This document shows positions 47,940 to 57,909 of a stretch of DNA of 64,000 nucleotides, in pieces. This DNA comes from Sphingomonadales bacterium. Its GTDB lineage: Bacteria; Bacteroidota; Bacteroidia; NS11-12g; UBA955. The stretch spans positions 9,396 through 73,395 of the forward strand of contig VHBA01000005.1 in assembly GCA_016872175.1 (NCBI GenBank), given 5' to 3'. The notes under the pieces are model-generated. The model had not been told where the DNA came from, did no database searches, and saw nothing but the letters and a program-made list of their open reading frames with translations. Position numbers and translations under genes: made by a program. How positions within the stretch are numbered: position 1 is the first letter of the stretch; every line of letters begins with the position of its first letter.

Positions 47940-48659
47940 TTATTTGGAAGGAGCCTTGTCAGCTTCTTTTTCAGCTTTCTTGTCTTTCTTGTCTTTGGCT
48001 TTTTCCTCTTTTGGATCTTTGCTCTCGCCTTTTTTGATGCTGAAGTTGTAAGTCAGGCCAATGCGGTGTTCCCAAAGCTGATCCCAGTTGTTACCTTCCA
48101 CATAGCCATCGAGATTGTCATAAAAAGAGGGAAGCCAGGTTGAGTTAAGGTTTACGTTTAGGTGGGGCGTGCAGCGGATGTTGACACCCAGACCTACGGG
48201 AATGTTCAGGTATGATACCTTGCGCCAATCGGGCGTGTAATCGGGTTTTTGACGGTCGCCATAGAAAAGGCCAACACCGGCAACGAAATACGGAGCCAAA
48301 AAAGTTTCTTCTTTCAGCCATTTGCCGTTATTGAATTTAATTCTGGCTGTAAGATTGGCGTTTGTGCCTTTAAGATTCAATACAGGATATTGTTCCTGAA
48401 AAGCAACAGCATTTGGGTTGTAGAACATTTTACCGTAATTGGCATTAAGGCTTAAATCCAGCCAGTTGTTCAGATAGCGGGAAACACCGCCACCCAACTG
48501 AAAATTAGGATATCTGAATTGAAGGAGGGCTTTACCCAAATCGCCTTTGTATTCTTTATAGTTTCCATTAAATGAAACAGCCCACTTGTGGGTAGATGTT
48601 TGCGCATTTCCGGTACTTACGGCGCACAGAAAAAGGCCAATCCAAATGAATTTTTTCAT
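47940..48659 (-). CDS. hypothetical outer-membrane beta-barrel protein with Lys/Glu-rich C-terminal tail
   Basis: It has the signal peptide MKKFIWIGLFLCAVSTGNAQ and a beta-strand-rich body. The tail is KKGESKDPKEEKAKDKKDKKAEKEADKAPSK. Confidence 0.5.
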   Translation of the reverse strand: MKKFIWIGLFLCAVSTGNAQTSTHKWAVSFNGNYKEYKGDLGKALLQFRYPNFQLGGGVSRYLNNWLDLSLNANYGKMFYNPNAVAFQEQYPVLNLKGTNANLTARIKFNNGKWLKEETFLAPYFVAGVGLFYGDRQKPDYTPDWRKVSYLNIPVGLGVNIRCTPHLNVNLNSTWLPSFYDNLDGYVEGNNWDQLWEHRIGLTYNFSIKKGESKDPKEEKAKDKKDKKAEKEADKAPSK

Positions 48660-48816
48660 GGTAATTTGTTGCGAAAGTATTAAATAATTCTATAAAAACC
48701 AATAACCTTGCTCATGTTTAGGTTTTTTTAACGGTTTCCGTTTTTTGTAATTTAATATTAATAATAATTAAAATCAAATGTAAATTCTATAATTCGTATA
48801 CTTGCAGTAATAAGAG

Positions 48817-49776
48817 ATGGCGCGCAAAACCAAATACTTTTTTAATCCGAAAAGTCTGAGTTTTGAGCGGGTTAGGGATAACCGCCGCTACATGATGTGG
48901 CGCGGTATCGGTTTCAGTAGTCTCGTACTTGTCCTCTCCGTACTTTTTTCAGTGGTATTTAATAGGTTTTTTGCCGGTACCCGTGAGCGCGCTGTGATGG
49001 ATGAGAATGCAGCCTTGCGTCGTGAACTGAAGGGAATGGATCGCTCAGTGGCAGAACTGGAGAGGAATCTGGGTGTTTTAAAGGAGCGCGACCTTGAAAT
49101 TTACCGCACCATGTATGAGGCTGATCCACCAAAGCCAGTAGACTACAGAGGCCTTGATTATGCAGAGTTAAAGAAATTACCTGAAGGAGAACTGCTACAG
49201 CGCATCAGGCTTAAAATAGACCGATTGGGTAAAGATGCCTATGCACAGGCTATATCTTATGAAACGTTGAAGAAACTGATTCGGGGGAAGGAGGCTTTTG
49301 TCGGCGCTATTCCGGCTATTCAGCCTGTTTCCAATGAAGATTTGACGAGGATGGCAAGTGGTTATGGTTATCGCCTGGATCCATTCTATAGAACCTCCTC
49401 ATTTCATTCAGGGATGGACTTTACAGCCGATATTGGCACCGAAGTATTTGCCACCGGAGATGGAATTGTTGAAAAAACCAATAGCGACGGGTGGGGCTAT
49501 GGAAATCATATAATTGTGGATCACGGCTTTGGCTATACTACACTGTATGGTCATTTGAGCAAAATTGTGGTTCGCCCCGGACAAAGTGTAAAAAGAGGTC
49601 AGTTAATTGGTCATGTAGGCAATACCGGACGGAGTACAGGTCCGCATTTGCATTATGAGGTGAGAAGGGGTGGAAATCCACTTAATCCCGCTTTCTTTTA
49701 CCATAGTGACTTAACCGATGAGCAATACCGAAGGATGATAGAAATGAGTAACCGCGAAACCAAACGATTTGATTAA
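48817..49776 (+). CDS. M23 family metallopeptidase
   Basis: It has an N-terminal TM segment and a coiled coil. LytM-type motifs are HSGMDF and GHVGNTGRSTGPHLHYEV. Confidence 0.9.
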   Translation: MARKTKYFFNPKSLSFERVRDNRRYMMWRGIGFSSLVLVLSVLFSVVFNRFFAGTRERAVMDENAALRRELKGMDRSVAELERNLGVLKERDLEIYRTMYEADPPKPVDYRGLDYAELKKLPEGELLQRIRLKIDRLGKDAYAQAISYETLKKLIRGKEAFVGAIPAIQPVSNEDLTRMASGYGYRLDPFYRTSSFHSGMDFTADIGTEVFATGDGIVEKTNSDGWGYGNHIIVDHGFGYTTLYGHLSKIVVRPGQSVKRGQLIGHVGNTGRSTGPHLHYEVRRGGNPLNPAFFYHSDLTDEQYRRMIEMSNRETKRFD

Positions 49777-50114
49777 TGGAAACAGAAAATACACATACCA
49801 AAAAGTACTACAAAATAGGCGAAGTAAGCAAAATGCTGGGCGTTCCGGCTTCCACTCTGCGCTTCTGGGAGACAGAATTTAAGCAACTGAAGCCCATGAA
49901 AAATAAAAAAGGGGACCGTATTTATTCGCTGAAGAACATTGAGCTGCTGAAGGAGATACATTATCTGACCCGCGAAAAGGGTATTAAAATTGCCAAAGCT
50001 ACGCGCAAAGTCAGCGGATCTGGTTCAGATTCAGACCCTAAAGCAGTTCTGGTAAAAAAACTGAGGGAGTTGAAGAATAAATTGCAGGTTTTTCAGGAGG
50101 CGCTTGGCGGTTGA
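49776..50114 (+). CDS. MerR family transcriptional regulator
   Basis: The helix-turn-helix is YYKIGEVSKMLGVPASTLRFWETEF. The start codon overlaps the M23 stop codon (TAATG). Confidence 0.85.
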   Translation: METENTHTKKYYKIGEVSKMLGVPASTLRFWETEFKQLKPMKNKKGDRIYSLKNIELLKEIHYLTREKGIKIAKATRKVSGSGSDSDPKAVLVKKLRELKNKLQVFQEALGG

Positions 50115-50899
50115 TTCGTGCAATTGCTATATGGTTTTGTTTTTTTTCAGCCGGAACAATGATGGCCCAGCAAGGTGCGTCGTATTGGGGGCTTGGTGCC
50201 AACGAAGCTAACAGGAATGGGGTATTTGGACTAAGCAATAATCCAGGAGTAGCTTTTTCAGGCAAAGCAACTGGCGGTGTATGGGGGCAACAGCGATTTG
50301 CCGGGACAAGCCTGGTGCAGGGTGGAGCTGTGCTTGCAATCAGAAGCAAAGGCACTATGTATGGCGGGGATTATTCGTATCGTGGTACGCCCAATTTTTC
50401 TGTTACGGCTGCACATGTATCGCTTTGTCAGGTAATAAGTTCACAGCTAAGTGTGGGTTTTTCGGTGGGTTACACCACTCTGTTTCAGTCTATGCTAAGC
50501 AATCGTCCGTCATGGCTAAGCGGAAGGCTGGGCGCTGCTTTTCAGATGAATGATAAATGGGATGCTTCAGCCGTGATTATCAATCCGTGGAATCGCACCT
50601 ACGATGGAGGCGTGGCTGTTCCGGCAGGTGCCCTCGCACTGGGTTATAAAATTAATCCGTTCACAAGAGCAGGGTTTCAGTATCGGTATAATGCCCAAAA
50701 CCAGCCAGTGTATGGTATTGCGCTTAGACATGAATATGGAAAGCGCTTGGTTTTTAACGGGGCCTTACAAACAGGTCTTGAGTCGTTTTCGGGTGGAATT
50801 GAATATAAATCGGGGACCTTAATGTTTGCCATTGCAACAAGATATCATACCTACCTAGGCTTTTCGCCCGCTTTTTCCCTAATATGGACAAAGCGTTGA
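50111..50899 (+). CDS. hypothetical outer-membrane protein (weak PorP/SprF-like N-terminal pattern)
   Basis: The TTG start overlaps the merR stop codon. The signal peptide is IRAIAIWFCFFSAGTMMAQQ. The segment NNPGVAF....GQQRFAG faintly recalls PorP/SprF, but the assignment is unsure. Confidence 0.4.
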   Translation: MIRAIAIWFCFFSAGTMMAQQGASYWGLGANEANRNGVFGLSNNPGVAFSGKATGGVWGQQRFAGTSLVQGGAVLAIRSKGTMYGGDYSYRGTPNFSVTAAHVSLCQVISSQLSVGFSVGYTTLFQSMLSNRPSWLSGRLGAAFQMNDKWDASAVIINPWNRTYDGGVAVPAGALALGYKINPFTRAGFQYRYNAQNQPVYGIALRHEYGKRLVFNGALQTGLESFSGGIEYKSGTLMFAIATRYHTYLGFSPAFSLIWTKR

Positions 50900-52860
50900 A
50901 GATATTACTATCGCTGTTTTTTCTACTTGCGGGTAGGGTTTTTGCGCAAATTCCGGAAGATGTAAAACTCACCATCGAGAGGTATCTGGAGACTTTAGAA
51001 ACCAACGCAGATTATACCCAGGTTTATGAGGATTTAATCCGTTTTACGGAAAAGCCCCTGAATCTCAATCACGCCGGAGTGGATGAGCTGATTAATTTTC
51101 CCCTGATAACGCCTGTGCAGGCTGCGGCCATTGTTACGCACCGAAATCGTTTTGGGTTGTTTTTGCAACTTGCAGAATTGCAGGTATTAGGCATGGAGCC
51201 TGATCAGATACGGGCTTTGGCTCCATTTGTGAATATATCTCCAGGACTTGAAGACCGTGTAAAAGGATTTGCCGAAAAATTGCAACAGGGAAAAACAGAA
51301 CTAATCCTTACCACCAAAAGAAGATACCCGGATCCGCAGGAAATTTACAATTCTGATTTGATGGCTATGAGCACCAGGCTGCGCTATACCCTGCCGGGTG
51401 TTTTCAGTTTTGGCATAACAGCTGAAAAAGATCCGGGTGAATACTGGTGGAATAAAGGGCCAGACTATTTTTCGGCGCATGCGGCCATCTATAATTTTGG
51501 GTCGGTTAAATCGCTGGTGGCAGGAGATTATGTGCTGAGTTTGGGACAGGGACTGGTGATGGGTTCCGGCATCGGTATCGGCAAAAGTGCGAGCGTTTTG
51601 AATATCAAGCGTTCGCAGCCCGCTGTAAAAGCCTACCGAGGGGTGAATGAGTTTTTATTTCTTCGCGGAATTGCATCAACATTGAAACTATCAAAAAACT
51701 GGGATTTCACGGTAGCAATGGCATCCAACGGCATGAGTGCGAGAATTGGTGATACTGCTGGAATGGGAGGAGAAGGTTTCTCGTCGGTGGATCTGGATGG
51801 ATTACATCGAACCCCGTCAGAAATTCAAAGCAAAAGCAACCTGAGGCGCAATTTGCAGGGTTATTGGCTTCAACGAAATGGGAAAGCCGGAAATTTTGGC
51901 GGAGGCATGGCGCTGTTTAGCAGCAGTATTGCCCAATCTGCCTCGGAAGATCTTTACAGGCTTTACAATCCCACAGGCAATCAACAACATTTTTATCATG
52001 GCTGGCAGGCCCACACCATAGGCCGTATACATGTTTTCAGTGAATGGGCATGGCTGGCCGAAACCCGCAAACACGCGGTTTCTGCAGGAGCGCTTGTATC
52101 ACTAGGTAAGTGGGCTGAGTGGTCAGTGCATCTGCGCGATTATGCCCCCGGTTTTATCAGTCCTTATTCTACTGCCTTTGGTAACAGCAACCAGAATGAG
52201 CGTGGGTTATACATGGGTTTAAAAATGAATTTCACCCGAAAACTGAGTTTGAGCAATTACTGTGATATTGCCCGGCAGCCATGGCTTACCTTTCGGTTTT
52301 ACGCACCCTCACAAACCCAGGATTTGCTGTGGCAGCTGGATTATGCGGCAACCAAAAAAACGCAGTTCTATGTCCGTTACCGCTACATTACACGTAGTTT
52401 GCAGAACAGTGACGGCACAACAAAAACCATAACCAATTACACCACCCAATTGCTGCGGGTGAATGTGAATGCTGCAGTAACCAACAATAGCCGTGTGGAG
52501 TTGCGTGCCGAACACAGCTTCAACGTCGACGGCCCTTCTGCAGGACATTCTTCTTTGTTTTACGGAGAATATACCACCAAGGTAAATCCGGGGCGCTGGC
52601 AGCTGGTAATGCGCTACAGCATGTTTGATATTTCCGGTTATTACAACAGGATCTATGCCTACGAAAATCAGCTTTTGTATGATTTTGGCACGGTTGCATT
52701 CTATGGAAAAGGCCGCTCAGCCTATATTCTGGCTACAAAACCTATCAACAAAAGACTCAAAGCCGGATTGCGCTATGCGTGGATGGAAAGTATCAATAGC
52801 GGTGATGTCTTGCCCACATGGAACCGACGTATCTTTGCACAGCTGATCTGGCGTATATGA
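50884..52860 (+). CDS. helix-hairpin-helix (ComEA-like) domain protein with large beta-rich C-terminal region
   Basis: It has the signal peptide [22 protein letters not shown]. The ComEA-like module is [46 protein letters not shown]. About 500 aa with barrel-like alternating patterns follow. Confidence 0.7.
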   Translation: MDKALKILLSLFFLLAGRVFAQIPEDVKLTIERYLETLETNADYTQVYEDLIRFTEKPLNLNHAGVDELINFPLITPVQAAAIVTHRNRFGLFLQLAELQVLGMEPDQIRALAPFVNISPGLEDRVKGFAEKLQQGKTELILTTKRRYPDPQEIYNSDLMAMSTRLRYTLPGVFSFGITAEKDPGEYWWNKGPDYFSAHAAIYNFGSVKSLVAGDYVLSLGQGLVMGSGIGIGKSASVLNIKRSQPAVKAYRGVNEFLFLRGIASTLKLSKNWDFTVAMASNGMSARIGDTAGMGGEGFSSVDLDGLHRTPSEIQSKSNLRRNLQGYWLQRNGKAGNFGGGMALFSSSIAQSASEDLYRLYNPTGNQQHFYHGWQAHTIGRIHVFSEWAWLAETRKHAVSAGALVSLGKWAEWSVHLRDYAPGFISPYSTAFGNSNQNERGLYMGLKMNFTRKLSLSNYCDIARQPWLTFRFYAPSQTQDLLWQLDYAATKKTQFYVRYRYITRSLQNSDGTTKTITNYTTQLLRVNVNAAVTNNSRVELRAEHSFNVDGPSAGHSSLFYGEYTTKVNPGRWQLVMRYSMFDISGYYNRIYAYENQLLYDFGTVAFYGKGRSAYILATKPINKRLKAGLRYAWMESINSGDVLPTWNRRIFAQLIWRI

Positions 52861-53588
52861 ATCCCAAACTGAGTGTGAATGTTAACAAGATTGCTACCCT
52901 GCGAAACGCCAGGGGCGGCAACAATCCCGATGTGATAAATGTTGCCCTGGATTGTGAACTGTTTGGAGCCGACGGGATTACCGTGCATCCCAGACCTGAT
53001 GAGCGTCATATTCGTTATGATGATGTGCGGAAACTTAGCGAAGTTGTTACCACAGAGTTTAACATTGAAGGCTATCCATCGGAATCGTTTTTGAAACTGG
53101 TTGAGGAGGTAAAACCTGCTCAGGTTACGCTGGTTCCCGATCCGCCTGATGTGCTTACCAGCAATAAAGGCTGGGATACAAAAGCCAATTTTTCAATGCT
53201 ACAGGATGTAGTCGCACGCCTTAAATCGGGTGGAATGCGGGTAAGTCTTTTTCTCAATCCTGATTCCAATATGGTTGAGAATGCAGCTCTTTGCGGAGCA
53301 GACCGCATAGAGCTATACACAGAACATTACGCTGTGTTGTTTCCCAAAGATCCGGAAAAGGCCATAAAACCATATGTCAAAACTGCCGAAACAGCTATGC
53401 AGGCGGGTTTGGGTATCAATGCCGGCCATGATTTGGATTTGCATAACCTACATTATTTAAGGACGCATCTTCCGGGTTTACTCGAAGTGTCTATTGGGCA
53501 TGCACTTGTGTGTGACGCCTTGTATTATGGGCTAAGAGATACCGTTGGCATGTATAAAAATAACTTGCTCCCCAATATCGCATTATGA
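52857..53588 (+). CDS. pdxJ: pyridoxine 5'-phosphate synthase
   Basis: The opening [21 protein letters not shown] is typical of PdxJ. It also has HPRPDERHI and AGHDL. An ATGA overlap joins it to the upstream gene. Confidence 0.92.
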   Translation: MNPKLSVNVNKIATLRNARGGNNPDVINVALDCELFGADGITVHPRPDERHIRYDDVRKLSEVVTTEFNIEGYPSESFLKLVEEVKPAQVTLVPDPPDVLTSNKGWDTKANFSMLQDVVARLKSGGMRVSLFLNPDSNMVENAALCGADRIELYTEHYAVLFPKDPEKAIKPYVKTAETAMQAGLGINAGHDLDLHNLHYLRTHLPGLLEVSIGHALVCDALYYGLRDTVGMYKNNLLPNIAL

Positions 53589-53989
53589 ACAGCAACCCGA
53601 AAGCCCAAATCCCTTCGGATGGTATAGCCGGACTAAAGCAATATTACAAGGAAGATGGACTGAGAGGTTTTTTGGTATTTTTACTTGCGCTGCCATTGAG
53701 TCTAGGAATTGCCGGTGCGTCGGATTTCCCACTTATTATGGGGTTAATTACGGCCATGATTGGCGGTTTGGTAGTTTGTTTGCTGTCCGGTTCATCGCTT
53801 ACGGTTAAGGGAGCCGCAGCAGGTTTGATTGTGATAGTGGCGGGAGCCGTTGCCGAATTTGGAGGTAGTAAGCCCGAACTTGGCTGGAAAATGGCACTGG
53901 AAGCCATTCTGGTGGCCGGCGTGTTGCAAATATTCTTTGGATTTTTACGCCACTCAGGCAATCGCATGCTGAGTCTAAAGAAGCCATAA
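53585..53989 (+). pseudogene. SulP-family anion transporter N-terminal fragment (about 125 of the expected 500+ residues)
   Basis: GLRGFLVFLLALPLSLGIAGASDFPLIMGLITAMIGGLVVCLLSGSSLTVKGAAAGLIVIVAGAV...LVAGVLQIFFGFLR matches SulP TM1-TM4. The sequence then diverges and stops. No continuation exists in any frame. Confidence 0.7.
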
Positions 53990-54744
53990 TGAAGTATATT
54001 ATGCTGCGTATTGTTGTGTTTTCTGCAGTTTCTCTTTTGGGGATAATGTCGGGGCTCGCTCAACTTCGCATTGCAGATAACAATGATGTATTCTGGGCTC
54101 CGGTGACGGTGCAGAACCGATTGTCGGAAAAATGGTTTTTGCACACCGAATTTCAATGGCGCAGAACCGACCGGGTGCAATCGCCCCAGCAAAATCTTCT
54201 CAGATTGGGAATGACCTGGCAAGCGAAACCACAACATCGTTTTCAGGCAGGATACGCCTGGATTCTGACCTACCCTTATGGTGATTTTCCCCTCGCGGAA
54301 AACGGCACTTTTGCGGAACGTCGCACCTATCAGCAATGGCATTTTGTGAATGAAATCAGTGGGAAAGGAGCGGTATTTAGCAGCCGTTTGCGCACCGAAC
54401 AACGTTGGCTGGAGGTTTTGGATACCAATAGCCGTTTTTTGCGTTGGAATTACCTGAACCGCGTTCGGCTGATGCAGCGAATGCAATGGCCGCTTAAAAG
54501 CGTTAATAAAAACCTATACTTGGCCTTGTCAGATGAAATTTTTATTGGCTTCGGCAAGAATGTTGGTTTGAACGTGTTTGACCAGAACCGTTTACTTGGC
54601 TTGCTGGGAATGAATCTTAATAAATCCGTGCAACTGGAAATGGGTGTGCTGAATCAAATTTTTCAGCAGTGTAAGATCGTGAACGGAAAACCTGTTTTTC
54701 AATACAACACCGGCCCGGTGCTGGGTTGTAATATTAAGCTGTAA
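53989..54744 (+). CDS. hypothetical outer-membrane protein (DUF2490-like)
   Basis: It has a signal peptide and repeated aromatic-rich beta-strand segments (WFLHTEFQWRR, RLRTEQRW). The family name is from memory only. Confidence 0.5.
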   Translation: MKYIMLRIVVFSAVSLLGIMSGLAQLRIADNNDVFWAPVTVQNRLSEKWFLHTEFQWRRTDRVQSPQQNLLRLGMTWQAKPQHRFQAGYAWILTYPYGDFPLAENGTFAERRTYQQWHFVNEISGKGAVFSSRLRTEQRWLEVLDTNSRFLRWNYLNRVRLMQRMQWPLKSVNKNLYLALSDEIFIGFGKNVGLNVFDQNRLLGLLGMNLNKSVQLEMGVLNQIFQQCKIVNGKPVFQYNTGPVLGCNIKL

Positions 54745-55317
54745 TTATTCGCCAAAACCTTTGGCTGAAAGCATTTCGCGCACTGCATCCGGTACCAAAT
54801 AACGGATACTCTTGTTTTGTTGTAATAAACCGCGAATGTGCGTGGCGGAAATATCCAGGAATGGTGCCGTGTATGGTATAATACGGGCATTTGGAACAGA
54901 ACTTTTTAATTCACTGCCCATGCGGTTGTAAACGTGAAAATCTGTCAGTGCGCACAGTTTGTCAATTTCTTTCCATTCGTGCAAACGTGGCAGGTTGTCT
55001 GAGCCCATTACAATGGAAAAAGTATTGCTGCTTTTTTCAAGCAAATGTTCCAGGGTTTGTACGGTGTAAGATGGCAGTGGTAGTCTAAACTCAATGTCCA
55101 TGGCCCTGAACTGCGGATTGCCTTCCACTGCGGCTTTTACCATATCCAGGCGCAGGTATTGCGGCAGCAAATCTTTTTGTTCCTTAAAAGGATTTTGGGG
55201 CGAAACCACAAACCATATTTCATCAAACGGACCTTCATTAAGCATGTGCCGGGCAATGATTAAATGCCCGTTGTGAATGGGATTGAACGATCCGAAATAC
55301 AAGCCTACATGGGCCAT
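54745..55317 (-). CDS. nadD: nicotinate-nucleotide adenylyltransferase
   Basis: It has GLYFGSFNPIHNGHL and the segment ISATHIR. Length is 190 aa. Confidence 0.92.
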   Translation of the reverse strand: MAHVGLYFGSFNPIHNGHLIIARHMLNEGPFDEIWFVVSPQNPFKEQKDLLPQYLRLDMVKAAVEGNPQFRAMDIEFRLPLPSYTVQTLEHLLEKSSNTFSIVMGSDNLPRLHEWKEIDKLCALTDFHVYNRMGSELKSSVPNARIIPYTAPFLDISATHIRGLLQQNKSIRYLVPDAVREMLSAKGFGE

Positions 55318-55886
55318 CAGGGTTTGTTTAAAAAGTCGGTTACCAGTTTCTCACAGGTTTTCAGGGTGTCGTCCAGTACATCGTTCACCACCACCACATC
55401 ATACTGGTTTTCAAAACTCAGCTCGTGGTTGGCTTTGGCAATGCGTTCCTGCAGGTGGTGTTCTACCTCGGTACTGCGCTTGCGTAGGCGTTGCATCAGT
55501 ATTTCCACGCTGGGCGGTCTTAGGAAAATGGCCAGGGCATCTTGCTTAAAACGGCGCTTCAGGTTCAGTCCGCCTTGTACGTCCACATCAAAAACCACGG
55601 CTTTTCCGGCATCCCAGATTTTGTGCACTTCGCTCCACAGTGTTCCGTACAGCACGCCGGCATACACTTCTTCGTGCTCCAAAAACTCGTTGTTTTCAAT
55701 GCGTTTTTCAAAATTATCAAATTCCAGAAAATGGTATTCGCGGCCGTTTTCCTCACCGGGTCTGGGTTTGCGGGTGGTGGCACTCACTGAAAATGCCATG
55801 TTATCAGGCATCACAGACAGCAAATGCTTTACCACGGTAGTTTTACCGGATCCTGAAGGTGCTGAAAAAATGATGAGTTTACCCAA
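55317..55886 (-). CDS. gmk: guanylate kinase
   Basis: It has the P-loop in GKLIIFSAPSGSGKTT, the segment SATTRKPRPGEENGREYHF, and YGT. Confidence 0.95.
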   Translation of the reverse strand: MGKLIIFSAPSGSGKTTVVKHLLSVMPDNMAFSVSATTRKPRPGEENGREYHFLEFDNFEKRIENNEFLEHEEVYAGVLYGTLWSEVHKIWDAGKAVVFDVDVQGGLNLKRRFKQDALAIFLRPPSVEILMQRLRKRSTEVEHHLQERIAKANHELSFENQYDVVVVNDVLDDTLKTCEKLVTDFLNKP

Positions 55887-55890
55887 TTTA

Positions 55891-57840
55891 TTATTGTTTA
55901 ATCAGTTTCTGGGTAATGAGCGCATTCTTGTAGCTTAGTTTTAAGTGATATACACCCGTTGAAAGTTCGGAAATATTGAGTCGTGGCATGGGGGTCTGCC
56001 GCATGTCGATGCTTGTTTCCATCACTTTTCTGCCGCTTATATCGTGTATAACAATGGTGCAAACTTCATTTAAATCTTCCGGTTTGTAGCTGCTGAAATC
56101 CAGCATCAGGTAATCTTTGGCGGGGTTAGGGCGAATGTTGATTTCTGCTGCAGGCAATGAAGGTTCTGTGATTTTTCCTACGGTAAATGCAAATCGAATA
56201 TTGCTGCCAAAATCGGCGCCAAAGCGCTGAATAATGCTATTGGAAATGAAGCGAATCTGCAGGAATCCATTTCCGTCGGTGGTGTTTGCCCACCATTGCA
56301 ATCCATCTTCATTCAGCATATAATTTGGGTTGGGAGCACCTGTGTCCTGAAAATCCAGCGTGTAGCATCCATCACCCAGGTCTATGGTGTCGCGGTAAAT
56401 CATGTTAGCCAAAGGGTATTTCTTGCGCGCTTTTACCGTTTTACCGAACATATCGCGGATTTCCCAGCTATTTTCGGAAGGTGCTGCATTGGTGCTGCAA
56501 TACAGGATAAATTTAGGTGGTAACAAAGCCGGCAAGTTTCCGGTAACAACAGTGGCAGTATTGTTGGAGGGGTTGTCATCAGGCCGATTGTTTACCCATG
56601 CCACATTCACTTTAAAGGTTCCGGCACTGTTGTTGCGTACAAAATCAGCTGGTAATTCCAGTGTATCCCACTGACCTGATTTCAGGGTTCCGTTCCAGTG
56701 ATAGTGCTTTTGCTGCAGGCCTTCCATGCCATACAGGAAATCTATGCTTTGCACAACCGAACCACCACGGTTTCGTATAATGATTTTTGGAGAGCCACAT
56801 GATGGATTTACCCGCTTGTAACGCATTTCTGCGTTGGGGCTGATGATGTCTTCCACCACCACATCTAGGTTGTAATTGGGTTTGCCGTATTCTACCAAAT
56901 AGGTACTGAGCATATAATTGGCACCGCCGCTGGTGGTTTTATAGCTTTCCATGTCCAGGTCCAAGCGGTGGGTACTGCCCGGTGTGGCTGCCACATCCAG
57001 GTTATATTCGCGCACATCAGCCCCGGGGCACCATCCGGCACGGTCATAAAGCCAGGTTCCGGCTTGCGGGAAAACTGGGTTTTCGCCACAGTCATCGCGC
57101 CATACATAGCTTTCATCAGCTACGGCTCCATTCAATACAATATATCGTTTCTTGGGACAAAATTCTGCGCAGTTTTGGGGTTTGTCCATACCATGGCCGG
57201 TTTGCAGAATTTTGAATCGCATAAGGTCGGTTTCCTGCCCAAGGGTGAAGGTGTCTTCGGGAACGTTTTTGTCAAACAGCGAATCGTTGCCATAACCCAC
57301 ACTGCGTGTGTAAAAGCGGGTAATGTTTTTCACATCTCGCCATGGCGTACCTTCTATGAGGTTGAAGTTCAGGGAAATTTCCCATCCTCGGTCATTATTG
57401 GCTTCGTAGCCCGTGTGCTGATACATGATTTGTACGCTGTCGTGCAGCAGATGGGCAAAGTCAGTGATGTCAAATTGCCAGGTATGGTTCCAGTTTTGGT
57501 CGAAATAAAAGCCGTAGGGAGTTATAAAACGCATGATTTCCCAACCCATGCTGTCGTTGAAGGCACCACGGCGGTCGCAGAGATAAATGTAGTTGAGGTA
57601 ATCCCATTCTCCGCATTTAAGGCCGGGTGCACATTTGAAGGTGAGTTCGGCATAGGCCTTTTGGTATTTTACTCCGGTTTTTGGGAATGCTCCCCAGCCA
57701 TAGTATTTGGTATTCCCCACACCTGGATTGGTTTTGATAACAACCTTGTTGTGCGTATTTACGCGAACGGTATCTCCGGGCTTGGACCAGAGTGTGGTAA
57801 TGATTATGAAAGAAAAGAGGGTGGTAACAGTTTTCTTCAT
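55891..57840 (-). CDS. secreted PNGase F-related protein with T9SS type A C-terminal sorting domain
   Basis: It has a signal peptide. The segments CAPGLKCGEWDYLNYIYL and EIMRFITPYG resemble peptide-N-glycosidase-F-related domains. The C-terminus IRPNPAKDYLMLDF...IHDISGRKV...LSTGVYHLKL is a Por_Secre_tail. Confidence 0.6.
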   Translation of the reverse strand: MKKTVTTLFSFIIITTLWSKPGDTVRVNTHNKVVIKTNPGVGNTKYYGWGAFPKTGVKYQKAYAELTFKCAPGLKCGEWDYLNYIYLCDRRGAFNDSMGWEIMRFITPYGFYFDQNWNHTWQFDITDFAHLLHDSVQIMYQHTGYEANNDRGWEISLNFNLIEGTPWRDVKNITRFYTRSVGYGNDSLFDKNVPEDTFTLGQETDLMRFKILQTGHGMDKPQNCAEFCPKKRYIVLNGAVADESYVWRDDCGENPVFPQAGTWLYDRAGWCPGADVREYNLDVAATPGSTHRLDLDMESYKTTSGGANYMLSTYLVEYGKPNYNLDVVVEDIISPNAEMRYKRVNPSCGSPKIIIRNRGGSVVQSIDFLYGMEGLQQKHYHWNGTLKSGQWDTLELPADFVRNNSAGTFKVNVAWVNNRPDDNPSNNTATVVTGNLPALLPPKFILYCSTNAAPSENSWEIRDMFGKTVKARKKYPLANMIYRDTIDLGDGCYTLDFQDTGAPNPNYMLNEDGLQWWANTTDGNGFLQIRFISNSIIQRFGADFGSNIRFAFTVGKITEPSLPAAEINIRPNPAKDYLMLDFSSYKPEDLNEVCTIVIHDISGRKVMETSIDMRQTPMPRLNISELSTGVYHLKLSYKNALITQKLIKQ

Positions 57841-57847
57841 TGTTTTG

Positions 57848-57855
57848 CAAATTTA
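57848..57855 (-). promoter_or_regulatory. candidate -7 box TAAATTTG, 7 nt before the ATG at 57840
   Basis: This is a perfect TAnnTTTG match on the minus strand. Confidence 0.4.
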
Positions 57856-57877
57856 GGGAAAGTTTAATGGTGTGTTG

Positions 57878-57909
57878 GTTTAATAGTTTAATAGTTTAGT
57901 GGTTTAATC
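57878..57909. repeat. four tandem 8-nt units (GTTTAATA GTTTAATA GTTTAGTG GTTTAATC)
   Basis: I read the units directly. Additional GTTTAAT copies lie at 57862 and 57948, each within the 13-nt direct repeat AAAGTTTAATGGT. Confidence 0.85.

Noticed and set aside
53644-54486. 280-aa minus-strand ORF spanning the SulP fragment and the DUF2490-like gene
   Set aside because: The plus strand carries recognisable SulP sequence and a signal-peptide-bearing OMP. The minus ORF crosses their boundary and has no motifs.
55264-55938. 224-aa plus-strand ORF antisense to gmk, and a 299-aa ORF at 56968-57867 antisense to the PNGase-like gene
   Set aside because: These are shadow ORFs opposite genes with clear motifs (the guanylate kinase P-loop; the T9SS C-terminal domain).
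57878-57909. Tandem repeats considered as a CRISPR array or minisatellite
   Set aside because: The units are only 8 nt long with no spacers, far too short for CRISPR. No cas genes are present in the window.
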